Origin: Octopus bimaculoides | Taxonomy: Eukaryota | Direction: 5' to 3' | DNA length: 64,000 nt | Assembly: GCF_001194135.2 (NCBI RefSeq) | Contig: NC_068988.1 | Coordinates: 80,626,194 to 80,690,193 of the forward strand | Part shown: positions 23,730 through 36,951 of the stretch, in pieces | Layout of the letters: each line of letters starts with the position of its first letter | Position numbering within the stretch: the first letter of the stretch is position 1 | Notes under the pieces: generated by a model | Databases searched by the model: none | What the model saw: the letters and a program-made list of their open reading frames with translations, nothing else | What the model was told of the DNA's origin: nothing | Position numbers and translations under genes: made by a program

Positions 23730-26700
23730 CTGCAAACGAGAAATTTATTCAAATTAACAAAAGAAAATATTAATAATGTAAGCATATAGAAAAGCTTATG
23801 AAAATTAAGCTCTACAGGGAAAAATAGAAAAACAAAAAAGGAAAACTGTTTAAAATTTTGAATTATATTCTACAAGCAAAATATCTTTTTTTATTTCTAC
23901 AATTATCTTTGAATAGTAAAACCAAATTCAATATATGAATAATTTCAAATTAACATGTAGTATTAAATTGAATTTATATAGTATTTTAAATGTTTAAGGA
24001 TTCTAAAATTTCTACACAAAAATCCAACATTGAAACTTACCCTAGAAAGTGGGGGAGGAGAAGGAGAAGAAGGAAGAAAAGAGGGAGGGGCAGTTGACAA
24101 ATTAAAATCCTTGAAAGCATTTTAAAAAAGGAAAAAAGGCAATATAAATTAAAAGAACATAATTAGTGCATAACAGAATCCTGCCCCATAGTAATCAATG
24201 CATTAAATATACAGACATTATATGTATAAAACTATAAAAAATGTAAAGATATTAAACTATTCATAACTTTATTTCATACAAATTGTTCACTTTGATTATA
24301 TTTAACACTCCGTTAACTAGTGTAGATCAGTGAAACAAGAAACGATTAATGATTTGGTATGTTCAATGAAATGCAGAAAATATATTAATGTTATAAATCA
24401 TATATATATATATATATAAATTTAATGAATGGAGTGAAATGCATATTTTAACTGCATACTTTTATTGGAAATAAAAGTATGCAGTTAAAATATGAGTTTT
24501 ACTCCATTCATTAGATTTATATATACTGAAGTACCCAAAATATCAAGGAGTTTCTACCTCATAAACAGGAGTTACACCACAGTTATTTTGTGATCTTTGC
24601 ACCCTGGTATCTATTAACCAATTTATTTTGTCCGAGTTATTTATTAATTAGGAGAAAATAAACACATAATAATTATATATATATATATATATAGAAAATA
24701 ATTAATCAAAAACCATTTCATTAATTCTCTAATATCGCTAAATTCCACCTTTTTTCATGTTAGTATTTGCAATGTATTTATACCATAAAACAGGTTCACT
24801 TCAGGAGGTACAGATTTATGTGGCTTATCTATTTATCTATCAATTGCAGTACTGATTTGCTTTTTTGTTTTTTTAGTAGACAAAAGATTTCATTGAGCCA
24901 AAATATATTTTATAACATTCCACTATATTTTAAAACTACAATAAAAGTTATCAATTATTAAAACTTAGCATTCCTTTTAATCAATGAAAACAGAATTTAG
25001 ATAGACTGTTCATAAGTAAAAGTGTCATAATTAATCAAATGATTGCCCATACTACAGAACTGAAGGGAGAGCTCACTTATCAAAGATCAAATTTGACTTT
25101 TCATCATCTTACAGAACTACCACTATAAAATAGTTACAGGACTAGAGTTTCATTTTACAGTAACATCATATCCTTCAAGTGATCAAAAAAGCAGAAACAT
25201 TCAAATAAACAACTGAGAAATAAAATTTTAGCAAAGAAGAAAAAAATTGAATAAAATGCAAAATGAAATTTATGGAAATAGATTGAATTTTAGTTTATAA
25301 ATTCCAAAATGATAATTTTACACTGAATTTATGGTAAAATAAAGGTACAAAAATACAATTAAACACTTTTTTTAATTTGTAAATGGTAAGCCAAAATATA
25401 TCACATTTTTGCTTTGCTTATAAAAAAGAGAAGAATTGGTTTTTAGAATATTTTATTTTAAGAAATATTAACTTTTGTATCAAATTCATTTTTCTTTATA
25501 CTGATATTTCAAACTTTCAAAAACTAAAACTCATTTATATATGAAAAATAAACACTAAAAAGTGTAACTAGAAAAAGATAATAATAGTTGGCACTTTATT
25601 TTGTTTAGTTACAAATGTTTCTTGTGTTTTTCTTGCTTTTTCTTTTCGAAGAGAGGAGTCCAGTTTATTTTATATCAAGAAAATGTTAATTAATGGCTCA
25701 ATGAAAGAATCATTTCAAAAGAAGCCTTCTTATAAATTTGATAATAGTAAATTCTAGTAAATTTCTGGGGTTGCATGTTTAGAAACAGAGGTAGATAACT
25801 AACAATGCTATACTAAATTCTTGTCTTAGTAAGCTTTCAAGTTATTTTTATGTAGACTTCACACAAGTTCAAAGCACATCCAAATTATTCTGCAATCAAA
25901 TAATCAACAACTCGGCCCAAAATCGAAAGTTTGTAACAACTGTATCACACACCAAGCAAAGTAATTTGGTTGAAACAACAACCATGTTAACTACATTCAA
26001 AGATTTGGTTTAAAATGAAATGACAGGTTCCACCTAGTTCAAAAAATTTAATATTAATTATCAGTACACTAGCAGGTTTTACTACTTTCAGTACTTATCT
26101 AATAACAGAGGGATGACAGAATAGGTAGGGTGTGGTACAAACTACTTTATGGTATTTGATTTACAATCCTTCACATTCTGAGCTTATTCTATCTTGACCA
26201 CTTTGCTATTATAAAATAAGTACTAGTTAATAATACAAATACTATGACCAATGTTGGTGACTATACCCTAAAAGTCAGCCAGTTGTATCTCATGTACCAA
26301 TTAAGACTGGTGTTCATCATCATCATCATCATCGTTTAACGTCCGCTTTCCATGCTAGCATGGGTTGGACGATTTGACTGAGGACTGGTGAACCAGATGG
26401 CAACACCAGGCTCCAATCTAATTTGGCAGAGTTTCTACAGCTGGATGCCCTTCCTAACGCCAACCACTCAGAGAGTGTAGTGGGTGCTTTTACGTGTCAC
26501 CCGCACGAAAACGGCCACGCTCGAAATGGTGTCTTTTATGTGCCANNNNNNNNNNNNNNNNNNNNNNNNNNNNNNNNNNNNNNNNNNNNNNNNNNNNNNN
26601 NNNNNNNNNNNNNNNNNNNNNNNNNNNNNNNNNNNNNNNNNNNNNNNNNNNNNNNNNNNNNNNNNNNNNNNNNNNNNNNNNNNNNNNNNNNNNNNNNNNN

Positions 26701-29700
26701 NNNNNNNNNNNNNNNNNNNNNNNACTTGGCTTGCAGGGTCTTCTCACGCACAGCACATTTCCAAAGGTCTCGGTCAGTAGTCATCGCCTCGGTGAGGCCC
26801 AATGTACGAAGGTCTTGCCTCACCACCTCAGCCCAGGTCTTCCTGGGCCTACCTCTTCCACGGGTTCCCTCAACTGTTAGGGTGTGGCACTTTTTCACGC
26901 AGCTATCCTCATCCATTCTCACCACATGTCCATACCAGCGCAATCGTCTCTCTTGCACACCACAACTGATGCTTCTAATGTTCAGCTTTTCTCTCAAGAT
27001 ACTTACTCTGACGGGTATTCACATTGACATTAAATTTACCAGAAATATTAATATGTACCCAGATTAATCTAAGTACTTCCAATAAGCCATTTAATAGAAA
27101 TTTTTGTCAAGACAATATATCTAAAATTGAAAATTTTATCAAAATTAATGTCAGTCAGCTCAAAAGTGTTTAAAGCACAAAAAACATTTGTAACAAACCA
27201 GATTGAATGAAACCATACCAAATTAGCACTAATACAATGGATAAGAAAATTTTTTTTAAAAAAGCTTTAAGCAAAAATGAATGTAGCAGCAATAAAACAA
27301 TTATATATATATATATATGCATGTATGTATGTGTGCGTGCATGTTCACACATACTAATAAAGAAAAGGACTATTCACTACCAATTATAGAAAGAAAATAG
27401 GTCACTAATTAGATAATATAAGGATTAATTTGTCCTCAAAATAGTTACATACCTTTAATTCTTGTGATTTCTTTAAAATGTAACAATTACGAAAATAAAA
27501 TAAAAAAAAGAAATTCAAATGAGATGAGGTTTTAGTTGCTATTTTTAAAGCAAAAAATCAGCCAAATTTAACATGTAAATAAATCATACCATTATTGAAG
27601 ACAATGTTAGTTTTGTCAAACAAAATTCAGACATATTAGAATAAAACATTTCAAAACAACATGGGAATGCAAACAAAGCCATTGACAAGGTACCCCCCTG
27701 CACCTTTATCTGGAGGGCAATACAGAAGCCAGGGATAAATGAGCGGTTGGTGATAGTTGTACAAGCTATATACGGGGATGTTGTCAGTAAGGTGAAAGTT
27801 AGCAATGATTATAGCAATGAATTTGGTCTACAGGTAGTTCACAAAGGATTAGCTCTCTGCCCCCTCTCGTTCATCAGTCCTCAAGGCCATAATAGAGGAA
27901 TTTAAGACTGGCAGCCCTAGGGAGCTCCTCTATGCTGATGACTGTTCTTATAGCTGATTCACAACCAGAACAAGGTCTGGAAGCAAAAGGCTTTACAGTT
28001 AATTTAAGAAAGGCCAAAGTCCTCGTAAGTAGGAAAACAGGCAAACCACAAATCCCTTCAGGGAGATGGCCCTGCTCGATATGTAGAAAAAGTGTAGGTA
28101 GAAACTCCATAAGGTTAACCCAGTGCAAGCTATGAACATGTAAGAGGTGCAGCAATATCACAGGAAGGTTAACAGAGAACGTAGCCATTGTATGTGGCAG
28201 ATACACAGGTACAATAAACACTGAGAATGTTCAGAAAATAGACCGTCAAATGCTCTGGGGGGTTACTTAGAAGTAATAAATAGCTTCTGTTACCTCGGTG
28301 GATGTTCTGAGAGCATAGCTGATAGAATAGGGACAGGCTGGGCAAAATTCAGAGTTTCTACCTTTGCTGATGAAAGGCTTCTCCCTCAGAGTGAAAGGCA
28401 GATTGTATGATGCCTGTGATGAACAGCCATGCTACATGGCAGTGAAACATGGGCTGTGACTGCAGAGAACAAGCAAAGGCTTGAAAGAAATGAAACCACC
28501 ATGCTCTGCTGGATGTGTTATGCCAGTGTACATGTGCAACAGAGTGAAAGAATTTTAAGAAAAAGATTGGGTATAAGAAGCATCAGATGTAATGTGCATG
28601 AGAGAAGATTGTGCTGGTATGGCCATGTGATGCATATGGATGAGAACAGCTGCGTAAAGAAGTACCAATCTCTAATTGTGGAGGGAACCTTTGGAAGGGC
28701 TAGACAACATGGGACAAGGTGGTGAAATATGATCTTTGGTTGAGCCTCACAGTGGCAATAACAAGTGATCGAGACTTCTGGTAATTTGCTCTGCCTGATA
28801 AGACACGTCAAGCTAAGTGAATCATAGTCACTGTCATTGCTGGTAATACATGAAAAACACCCAGAGCCCTCTGTGAAGTGGTTGACATTAGGAAGGGTAT
28901 CCAGCTGTAGAGACCAAGCCAAACAGACAACTGGAGCCTGGTGTAGCTCTCTGGCTTACCAGTTCCAGTAAAACCATCTAACCCATAACTGCATGGAAAA
29001 TGGATGTATGATGATGATGATGAATTGGGTGAGATTAAAACATTTACAAAAACATTCCATAAAAATTAATTCAAAACTGCCTTAATTCCTTCCACTAACT
29101 CTAGTAATAAATTGTATCCAAATAATATGTATCTAAACTAGCAGAATCAGTTTTCCTGCCATTATTTGAAGACACTGTAAAAAGTCAATCAAACTAAAAC
29201 ATGAACAACAAGATATTTTTTCATCAAAATTCTAACAGTTTTCCATTAAAAATACTAATTAATCCCTTACTAATTTCATAATCTCTAAATCTTTAAACTT
29301 CAAAACTGAGTTATAAAATGAGTGTTACCATCATACAACTAGTGTCATTCATTTCCAGTAGTCTGCCAAAAATACCTAGGAAATATTATCTTGCTTGGAA
29401 ACAGTTGAAGGTTGATGACAGGAAAGGCATCCAGCCAAAGAAAATCAGCTTCAATAAACTCCATCTAAGCCATGGAAAAGTGGTTGTTAAAATGCTGATG
29501 GTTATGATGGAAATATTTCTCCAGTATTTTTAAAGAAAGATTTTTTTAATTAAACAAAAAAATCTTTAGCGATGATACAATTCTTGATCTGTTTCATTTT
29601 TTTTCAAATAAAATGTTCATCAACAACTAAACTGTCTTTTAATTGAACTAATAACAATTTTAAACCAGTTTTCTGATCCTTTGCTATTTAAATAAGCAGG

Positions 29701-30681
29701 GACTGCTTATATGTATATTAACAGCTATCACTGCAACAAAATGATCATTATAAGACTGAAACCAGTCGATCTACTTTCTAAATCCCTCCCCATACAACTA
29801 TAAATCTAAGGGTAGACCTTACAACAGATACTAGTAATGACTGTGACTGTACTATCTTAAAACTGTCATCTAAAAAAATTAGATGATAAAACTTCACAAG
29901 TTATAGTTATATTTTTAATGCCAAGCTATAAAGTTACTTATACAATACAAAACATGTTGACGTGCAATAAACTGTTTTCATGCAAGGTGATTGATTTTAG
30001 TTAAATCCCATAAAGAAACTTAAACATAATAAAAAGTCTACATACCCCATGATCAATTACAGGATGAACAGACTCCATGAAAATGTTCCACCATCGCTGG
30101 AGGAAATCTGGATCATGACCAGAATTAGGCAGTGGGGTTACTGTCTTTGTTTTAGCATTATAACAGTGTTGCCAAGGTTTGATAGCGCCAAGAAAATGTA
30201 CAATCTTTACGTTTTGCTTGAACCTGTGTATGAAAAATATATTATTGGTACTTTTTCCAAAAGTGAAGCATGAATAAAAATGGCCAGAATTCATAGAGAG
30301 CTTCAGGTAAAAAAAAAATTGCAGTTACAAAATAAAAGCATTCATATGAAATAAATTTAAAACTACACGCACAAAAATCTTCTACATCAAATTCAAAATA
30401 TCATTACTAAAGCCCAAAATTCAGTTACATATATTCTACACATTTGAATAGGATAAAATTGTAACAATCAGTTGATTCTGGTTACTACAGATGTGATTAT
30501 CTAAGTAATATTATATTAGCAGGACCTGTGAATATTTCACAGAATTAATGGTAAACTTATTGGGTTATTTCTGAAAACTTTATCCCAAAAACCTGAAAGT
30601 GTAGCCTTTGTTGTGTCTATCACTTTGCTGCTAATCATTGAAAAGTCAAAGAAATTGCAATACGATGATTACTTATTGCAC

Positions 30682-30723
<42 letters not shown>

Positions 30724-33700
30724 ACACACTATATATATTTTATGCATTGTTTTATAAACTTAATACACAGCACTCATAAAATAAATACTCAATGTTCCAT
30801 TTTCCCCATAAGCAAAAAAAAAAAAATATTCCGTACTTATGATGCAACCTTTAGTTAAATTGCATATATCTGCCACATAAATAAGCATGAATATTTCATG
30901 GAATTGCACTCATGTGCATGCATTAAGTGATAGGTGATATAAATAACTTAGTTCAATTAAAAAATACACTTTTCAATATCCAATCACCACCACCACCTCC
31001 ACCACCATCATCTCACTCCTTCCTCTCTGCCTTTCTTTAACCTCACCATCAGAACTCCACCCCTCTGCTACAATTATATTTTTAGCTCTCCTCTACCTTC
31101 AACTAACTTCTTTAACCACATAATAAATGTCTCCCCTACCTCACATCATGGATGTTTCTCTCCCTCTTTTTCTGTCACACTCTTCACATTATCCTCTTTT
31201 TCTCCTTTCTTTCCCTTCATCTAATCATGTGAAAGCATTACAATTACATTCCCTCTATCTTGCATCAAGGACACTTCTCTCCCTCGTTTTCTCTCCCCTT
31301 TTTTCTCTATTCAATGAAAGCATTACCAACAGGCTAAGTAACGCAATGGCAAGCAAAATTATCATAATACATTTCTGTTAACAGCAGCCAGACTGGACCA
31401 GTTTAAATGCATAAAACAGCTTGTTTTTTCCCTTCCCAAAATGTACCAAATAAGTTATTTCATCTACACCATTCAGTGTTTGATGAATAACTCATCATTT
31501 CATGCATAAAACAAATTCAAAAGTTATGCAGTATTGCATCATCATCATCGTCGTTTAACGTCCGCTTTCCATGCTAGCATGGGTTGAACGATTTGACTGA
31601 GGACTGGTGGACCAGGAGGCGACACCAGGCTCCAATCTGATTTGGCAGAGTTCCTACAGCTGGATGCCGTTCCTAACGCCAACCACTCAGAGTGTAGTGA
31701 GTGCTTTTACATCCCACCAGCACGAAGGCCAGTCAGGTGGGTACTGGCGACGGCCACACTCGAAATGGTGTATTTTACGTGTCACCTGCACAGGAGCCAG
31801 TCCATCGGCACTGGCAACGATCGCGCTCGGACGGTGCTCTTAGTGCTCCATTTTGAAAATTCATGCTTTCAAAACTGTCTTAATGTCTAAATTAAATTTA
31901 TTGGAGACTTAAGTGTAAACCAATTATATCTAGTGAAGAAAATGAGAGAGAATTTCATAAAGAAATACATAAGCTAAATAAATTATTAATGTTGAAGAAA
32001 TGTAACTTACTGCTTAAATGCTGGTAAGTAACTGTAAAATGCTTGAGAAACAACATTATAAACAAATGGCAGATGCTTCTTAATATCTTTTGTAGCCCAA
32101 TCCTTAAAGAATAAATTCAATAATCCTTGGTCACCACCTACAGAGAAAGTTATAAAATATTAAATGGCATGAAAAGAAAGTATTTAATTTTAAGCAAAAA
32201 TAAAATAAAATAACTCACTTCAGATTCCAAAACATTAACTGACAGAGGTTAAACTTTTACCAACTCATTTATTTCAAATGAGCATATGAAGTTACATATT
32301 TTCATACCAATCTTTTTACAATTTAGATTCTCTAAAAAGAAATAATGGGAAATGCAATTCTAGCAATGCTAATAAATGCTTGCCTTGAAAATAGTTGAAT
32401 TAAACAGTATTGATTCAACGTACTTGTGTAAAATGTATTGCAGACGTTTTTACTTTAGTGCAAACTATCATATGAGAATTTAGACTACTGCAATTTCAGT
32501 TTGAAAAGATTTAATAGGTTTTTCCCTAAAAACAAATATCCTAACTAAAATCAAGTTTTACTTCTAAATATCAAAATAGAAAAGAAAAATAGACACTGAT
32601 TTTGAGTTATGATATGACAGATACCAGTCTGAGGATGTCAACACACAGAGCCTGCAAATTATGTAAACTATTGCTTTCACCAAATCTATGGAAAAAGTTG
32701 AGCCTCACACTTATGTTGAAACCCATCACATCACTGCCTTTTCTACTGCTAACTACAGAAAACTTTTCAGTCCTGACTGCTTTCACACAACCTCAACTCA
32801 TCACTTTAATGTCCACTTTTCCATGCTTGCATTGGTCAGATGGAATTCCTTGAAGATTTTCTACAGCCAGATGCCCTCCCTGCTGCCAACTCAAATGTTT
32901 CTAAGTAAAGTAATTTTTCCCCATGGCCAGATGTTTTTCACTGATGATTGGAAACATCACTTGCACATTTACATCCATCATTTGAAGTTAATAAAAAAAG
33001 TACTCATACACAAACACATATACACACAGTTTCCATTTACCAAATCCTTTCACAAGGCTTTGGTTAGCCTTACATCGGAAGACATTTGCCCTAGGTGTTA
33101 TGCAGTGGGACTGAATCTGAAACCACATGGTTGGAAAACAAGCTTTTCAACCACATAAACATGATTGCACTGAGACAAACACATACACACACACAGCTTC
33201 TACCAACCAGTTTCACCAGGTATTGAAGTGACAGTTATATTATAAAACATTAGCTAACAACATTCACACAGTAGGACTGCAAAGCATTTTAGTCCTACAC
33301 CTCATCTCGCTTATAGTGTCAACCTCCACCCAAACCACTTTTCCCAACCCTTCCTCTCTTAAGTCATTTCACAGGGATTCCCTCCCTGCCTATGTTTTTC
33401 CTGCAGCTGCCAACTTACAACTGTTCAACAGAAAATTGAATCACATTAATATCACCAAATTCTGAGGGCCTACAAAAACTATGAGCACAGTCCCTTTGTC
33501 CAGACCAAACCAATGTAAAAATAAACCTCCATTAGATATAGTGCCCATAGCCAAGAGAAGTGAGCCCTTGTTAGTGATATACCTTAGTAAAAAGATTTCC
33601 CCAAACAAGCATGAAACAATATTTCCAGCAGCTATTTAGATAAAATATATCAAATGCAACAGAGATAATCCTAGAGAAAAGGTTTATTTACCATCAAACG

Positions 33701-36700
33701 AGCCTTCAGTCTTAGCAAACTGAATCAATGACTTATATGTTTCTTCATTTGGTTGCATTACAAAAACACCAGAATTGAAACAATCAGGCCATCCTGGATC
33801 AGGAGCAGCAGAAAGTTCCTCCTTTTCAAAAAGCTCATCCACACTATCAAGAACCTGTAAGAGAAATTTGAGTTTGATACACCATTCAGTTAGAAGGAAA
33901 CAAGACTACCAAAACAGAGAGGGTATATATATATATATATTAAAAAAAAAAAAAGGAGGGGAAATATCTAGTCACTAAATGCATTCCAACAATTCATATT
34001 TAAATCTGTAGCACCATAAAAGATATAAAAAGTGTTCTTCAAGCTTATGCAGATAATTAATGGTTTCAATCTTTGGCACAAGGGCTCACTTCTAGGGAGG
34101 GAGTTAATCAATTACATCGACCCTAGTGCTCAACTGGTATTTTATTGATTCTGAAAGGATGAACGGCAAAGTCAACCCCAACAGCATTTGAACTCAGATT
34201 TTCTTAATAGTGCAATAACAATTGTGATAGCTCACCACTATTTACGCAGATAATTATTACAAATAAAATATTAAAAATCTGCTAACAATTTACTTACCAA
34301 AGTGTCAGCATCTAAAAACACACATTTCGAGTACTGTGTTAATTTCCAACAGTAAAGTTTTGTGAACGTTACATTGAGATCAGGCCTACCAAGGAGTTGA
34401 AGATTTTTGTAGTCATGACTAGAAATTATGTCAACTTCACAAACTTCATCAAAAACATCATAAAGATTTTTTCTAAAAATAAAAATGAAAAACAAAAATA
34501 TCAAACAAGGGGGGGGAAAAATCACAACAGAAACACTAAACAAATAACTGATATAAATCAATAACGTTAATTAGTTTCCATTAAATTTATTAAAAAAATC
34601 TTTTAGTCCACTACAGAAAATAAAAATTATGAGCCCCAAATCTACTGGTACTCCTTAACTCTTTTCTCTCATTGCAGCCATCTTCTAATAACACTTGCTA
34701 TCACCTCACAAATCTTTTACATAAGTTGATATTTCTTTCTCAGTCACAAAAGGTCCTGCTTGAAACAAGAGACTTCTCTTCCTTATAGCATGAAACTTTA
34801 CCCACTATTTAACAGATACAGGACATCACTAGTTTGCTCAGATTCTACAGCTTTTATACATCTGGCATTCAGTTTATTTAATATTCTAGTCTTTCTGCCA
34901 CTTCATCAATATTTGTGAGAGAATTACCTGTGCCACATAAGGCTGCTAGCCAGAGATGTCTCACCTATTTGACAATGAAGTTCATATCAACCTCTTGGAC
35001 CCTTATTGCTAATTAGTAGAGTATATGTCCATGTTTTAATTAATGGCAGCTTTTGAAGAATCTATATTCCAAATTGTTATCAATTTACTTTATATAAACA
35101 TTCTGCAGCAAGTGTGACTCATATTCATGATCAACATTGATATTATCAAAAATGAATGGAAGAAAACATTGGAAATATACAGAATGACAAATGTAATTAA
35201 GTAAAAAACAAAAATTACCTGAGACTCTCAGATACACCTTTTGTAATGAGCACAACTAACTTTCTTTGAGTTTTGGTTCTCCGTAAGGATTCTCCAAGGA
35301 CCAAACATCCCAATACATAGGTATCATTTGTTGCTAAGGTCACAAAAGCCTCCTTACCTATAATATATTAGTAAACTCCAATATTATGACATGTAGGCAA
35401 CTTCAGTCTTTCATATTATCAAACTTTATAGAAAGAACATTACATGCAAATAAAGCAAGCAATTTGAGAATTGTGATTTTGCTTCCTTGGCAAAACTGCT
35501 AAAAAGGAAAAAATCAAGATGATCCTTAAAACTTTTAGTATTTGAGAACACTTTATGCAAAAACAGAGGCTAGCTAGACAACAATGTTCACAAGATATAA
35601 TTTATCTATTGCATTTGCCAATAAAAAGTAATAGGAATACAATAGAGTGGTGATTAATTTAATCAACTAATCCACTGGATGTGTTGGTCATAAATCAAAC
35701 TAACTCTTGGTTGTGTACTGGTCAAAAATATAACTAACACACTGGTTATGTCGATTATAAGTAAAACTAATCTATTGGCTGTGTGTGTATATCATAAATG
35801 TAACACACTGACTGTGTTGATCACAATTAAAACCCATTGATTGCGTCTATTGATCATATACATAAATCAATCAACATCCAACTAATACAGTAGCACTACT
35901 GTTGCCAAAAATAACTTGCACTTTTTTTTTTTTAATGTTATTTAAAAATACACGAATTACTAAATGTAACTTCCAATTCAAGATAGCTGTGAAATAATAC
36001 TGCATTTGATAGAAAATAAGATGCACATTTTTTTCCAACAAGTCTCAAAAATTTACTCCAAGTCCTATCTGCAAAGTCGGGCCTCCCATAAGCTTTTAAG
36101 AACTAACAATAATTTTTTACTGAATATGAGCAGCTGAAACTGGGTTGCATATAATATGCCCGTGCATCTTTTATGATACTTTAAGCTATTAGTTAATTTT
36201 CATCAATATTATAAAGTAGTAAACATTTCACCTCAATAAAAATTTCAAATATATTGACTCTGCATTTCATTTTCTCTTCTCACACCCACTTTCGNNNNNN
36301 NNNNGGGGGGGGGGGGGTTCAGCGGGAATCTTGCCAGCAAACTGGATCATGAAGAGTTATGTACCTTGCACCAAGATAAACAAAACATTTCCTGTTGCTC
36401 AAGATTATAAGCTAAGGTATCGGAAGTAAGCATTAATATGTCTGCATATATGCACAAATGTTTGCATCTAAGCAAAGTATGAGAAGTCTTCTCCAAACAG
36501 GCAATCAAAATTAGCAGACTAATTTGGAGATTATTTAAAATTAAAGTAAGGGACCAATACTTTGTAGTTCAGCTACTTCAAAGTTACACCTAAAAAATTA
36601 CATACTAAAAAGATATATATCAATTACAAATTTGTACTTGATACACAGGTCTAATTGTAGGTAGGCAATGAAACGTCAGAAAAAATATCACTATCATCAC

Positions 36701-36917
36701 TGGGTTGAACACAATTCTTTGGGGCAGATTTTTTTTTATGGCTAGATGTCCATCCTGTCACTAACTTTCTCACCCGTTTTCATGCAAGACAATGAATATT
36801 CCCCATGAATAGACGTGTATTCACAGGAGACTGGAAATGAATGATGCTACTTGTAGGACAGTGATACTCATCATTTACAACTATCATGATAAAGGGACGC
36901 TAACACACGTTCACCAC

Positions 36918-36951
<34 letters not shown>

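Noticed and set aside
27219-27228. 10-nt AG...GT pair (tag|TGCTAATTTG|gtatgg) that would add TGC TAA and remove the glycogen-synthase-binding tail
   Set aside because: Plausible sites, but pairs this short are common by chance in AT-rich introns and nothing else supports it; worth checking only if junction reads exist
30001-30045. In-frame read-through of exon 6 ([14 protein letters not shown])
   Set aside because: A short open tail into an intron is expected by chance, and the GTATGT donor is good
36305-36317. Poly-G run (also 3459-3466)
   Set aside because: Directly next to N gaps, so a likely sequencing or assembly artefact rather than a G-quadruplex element
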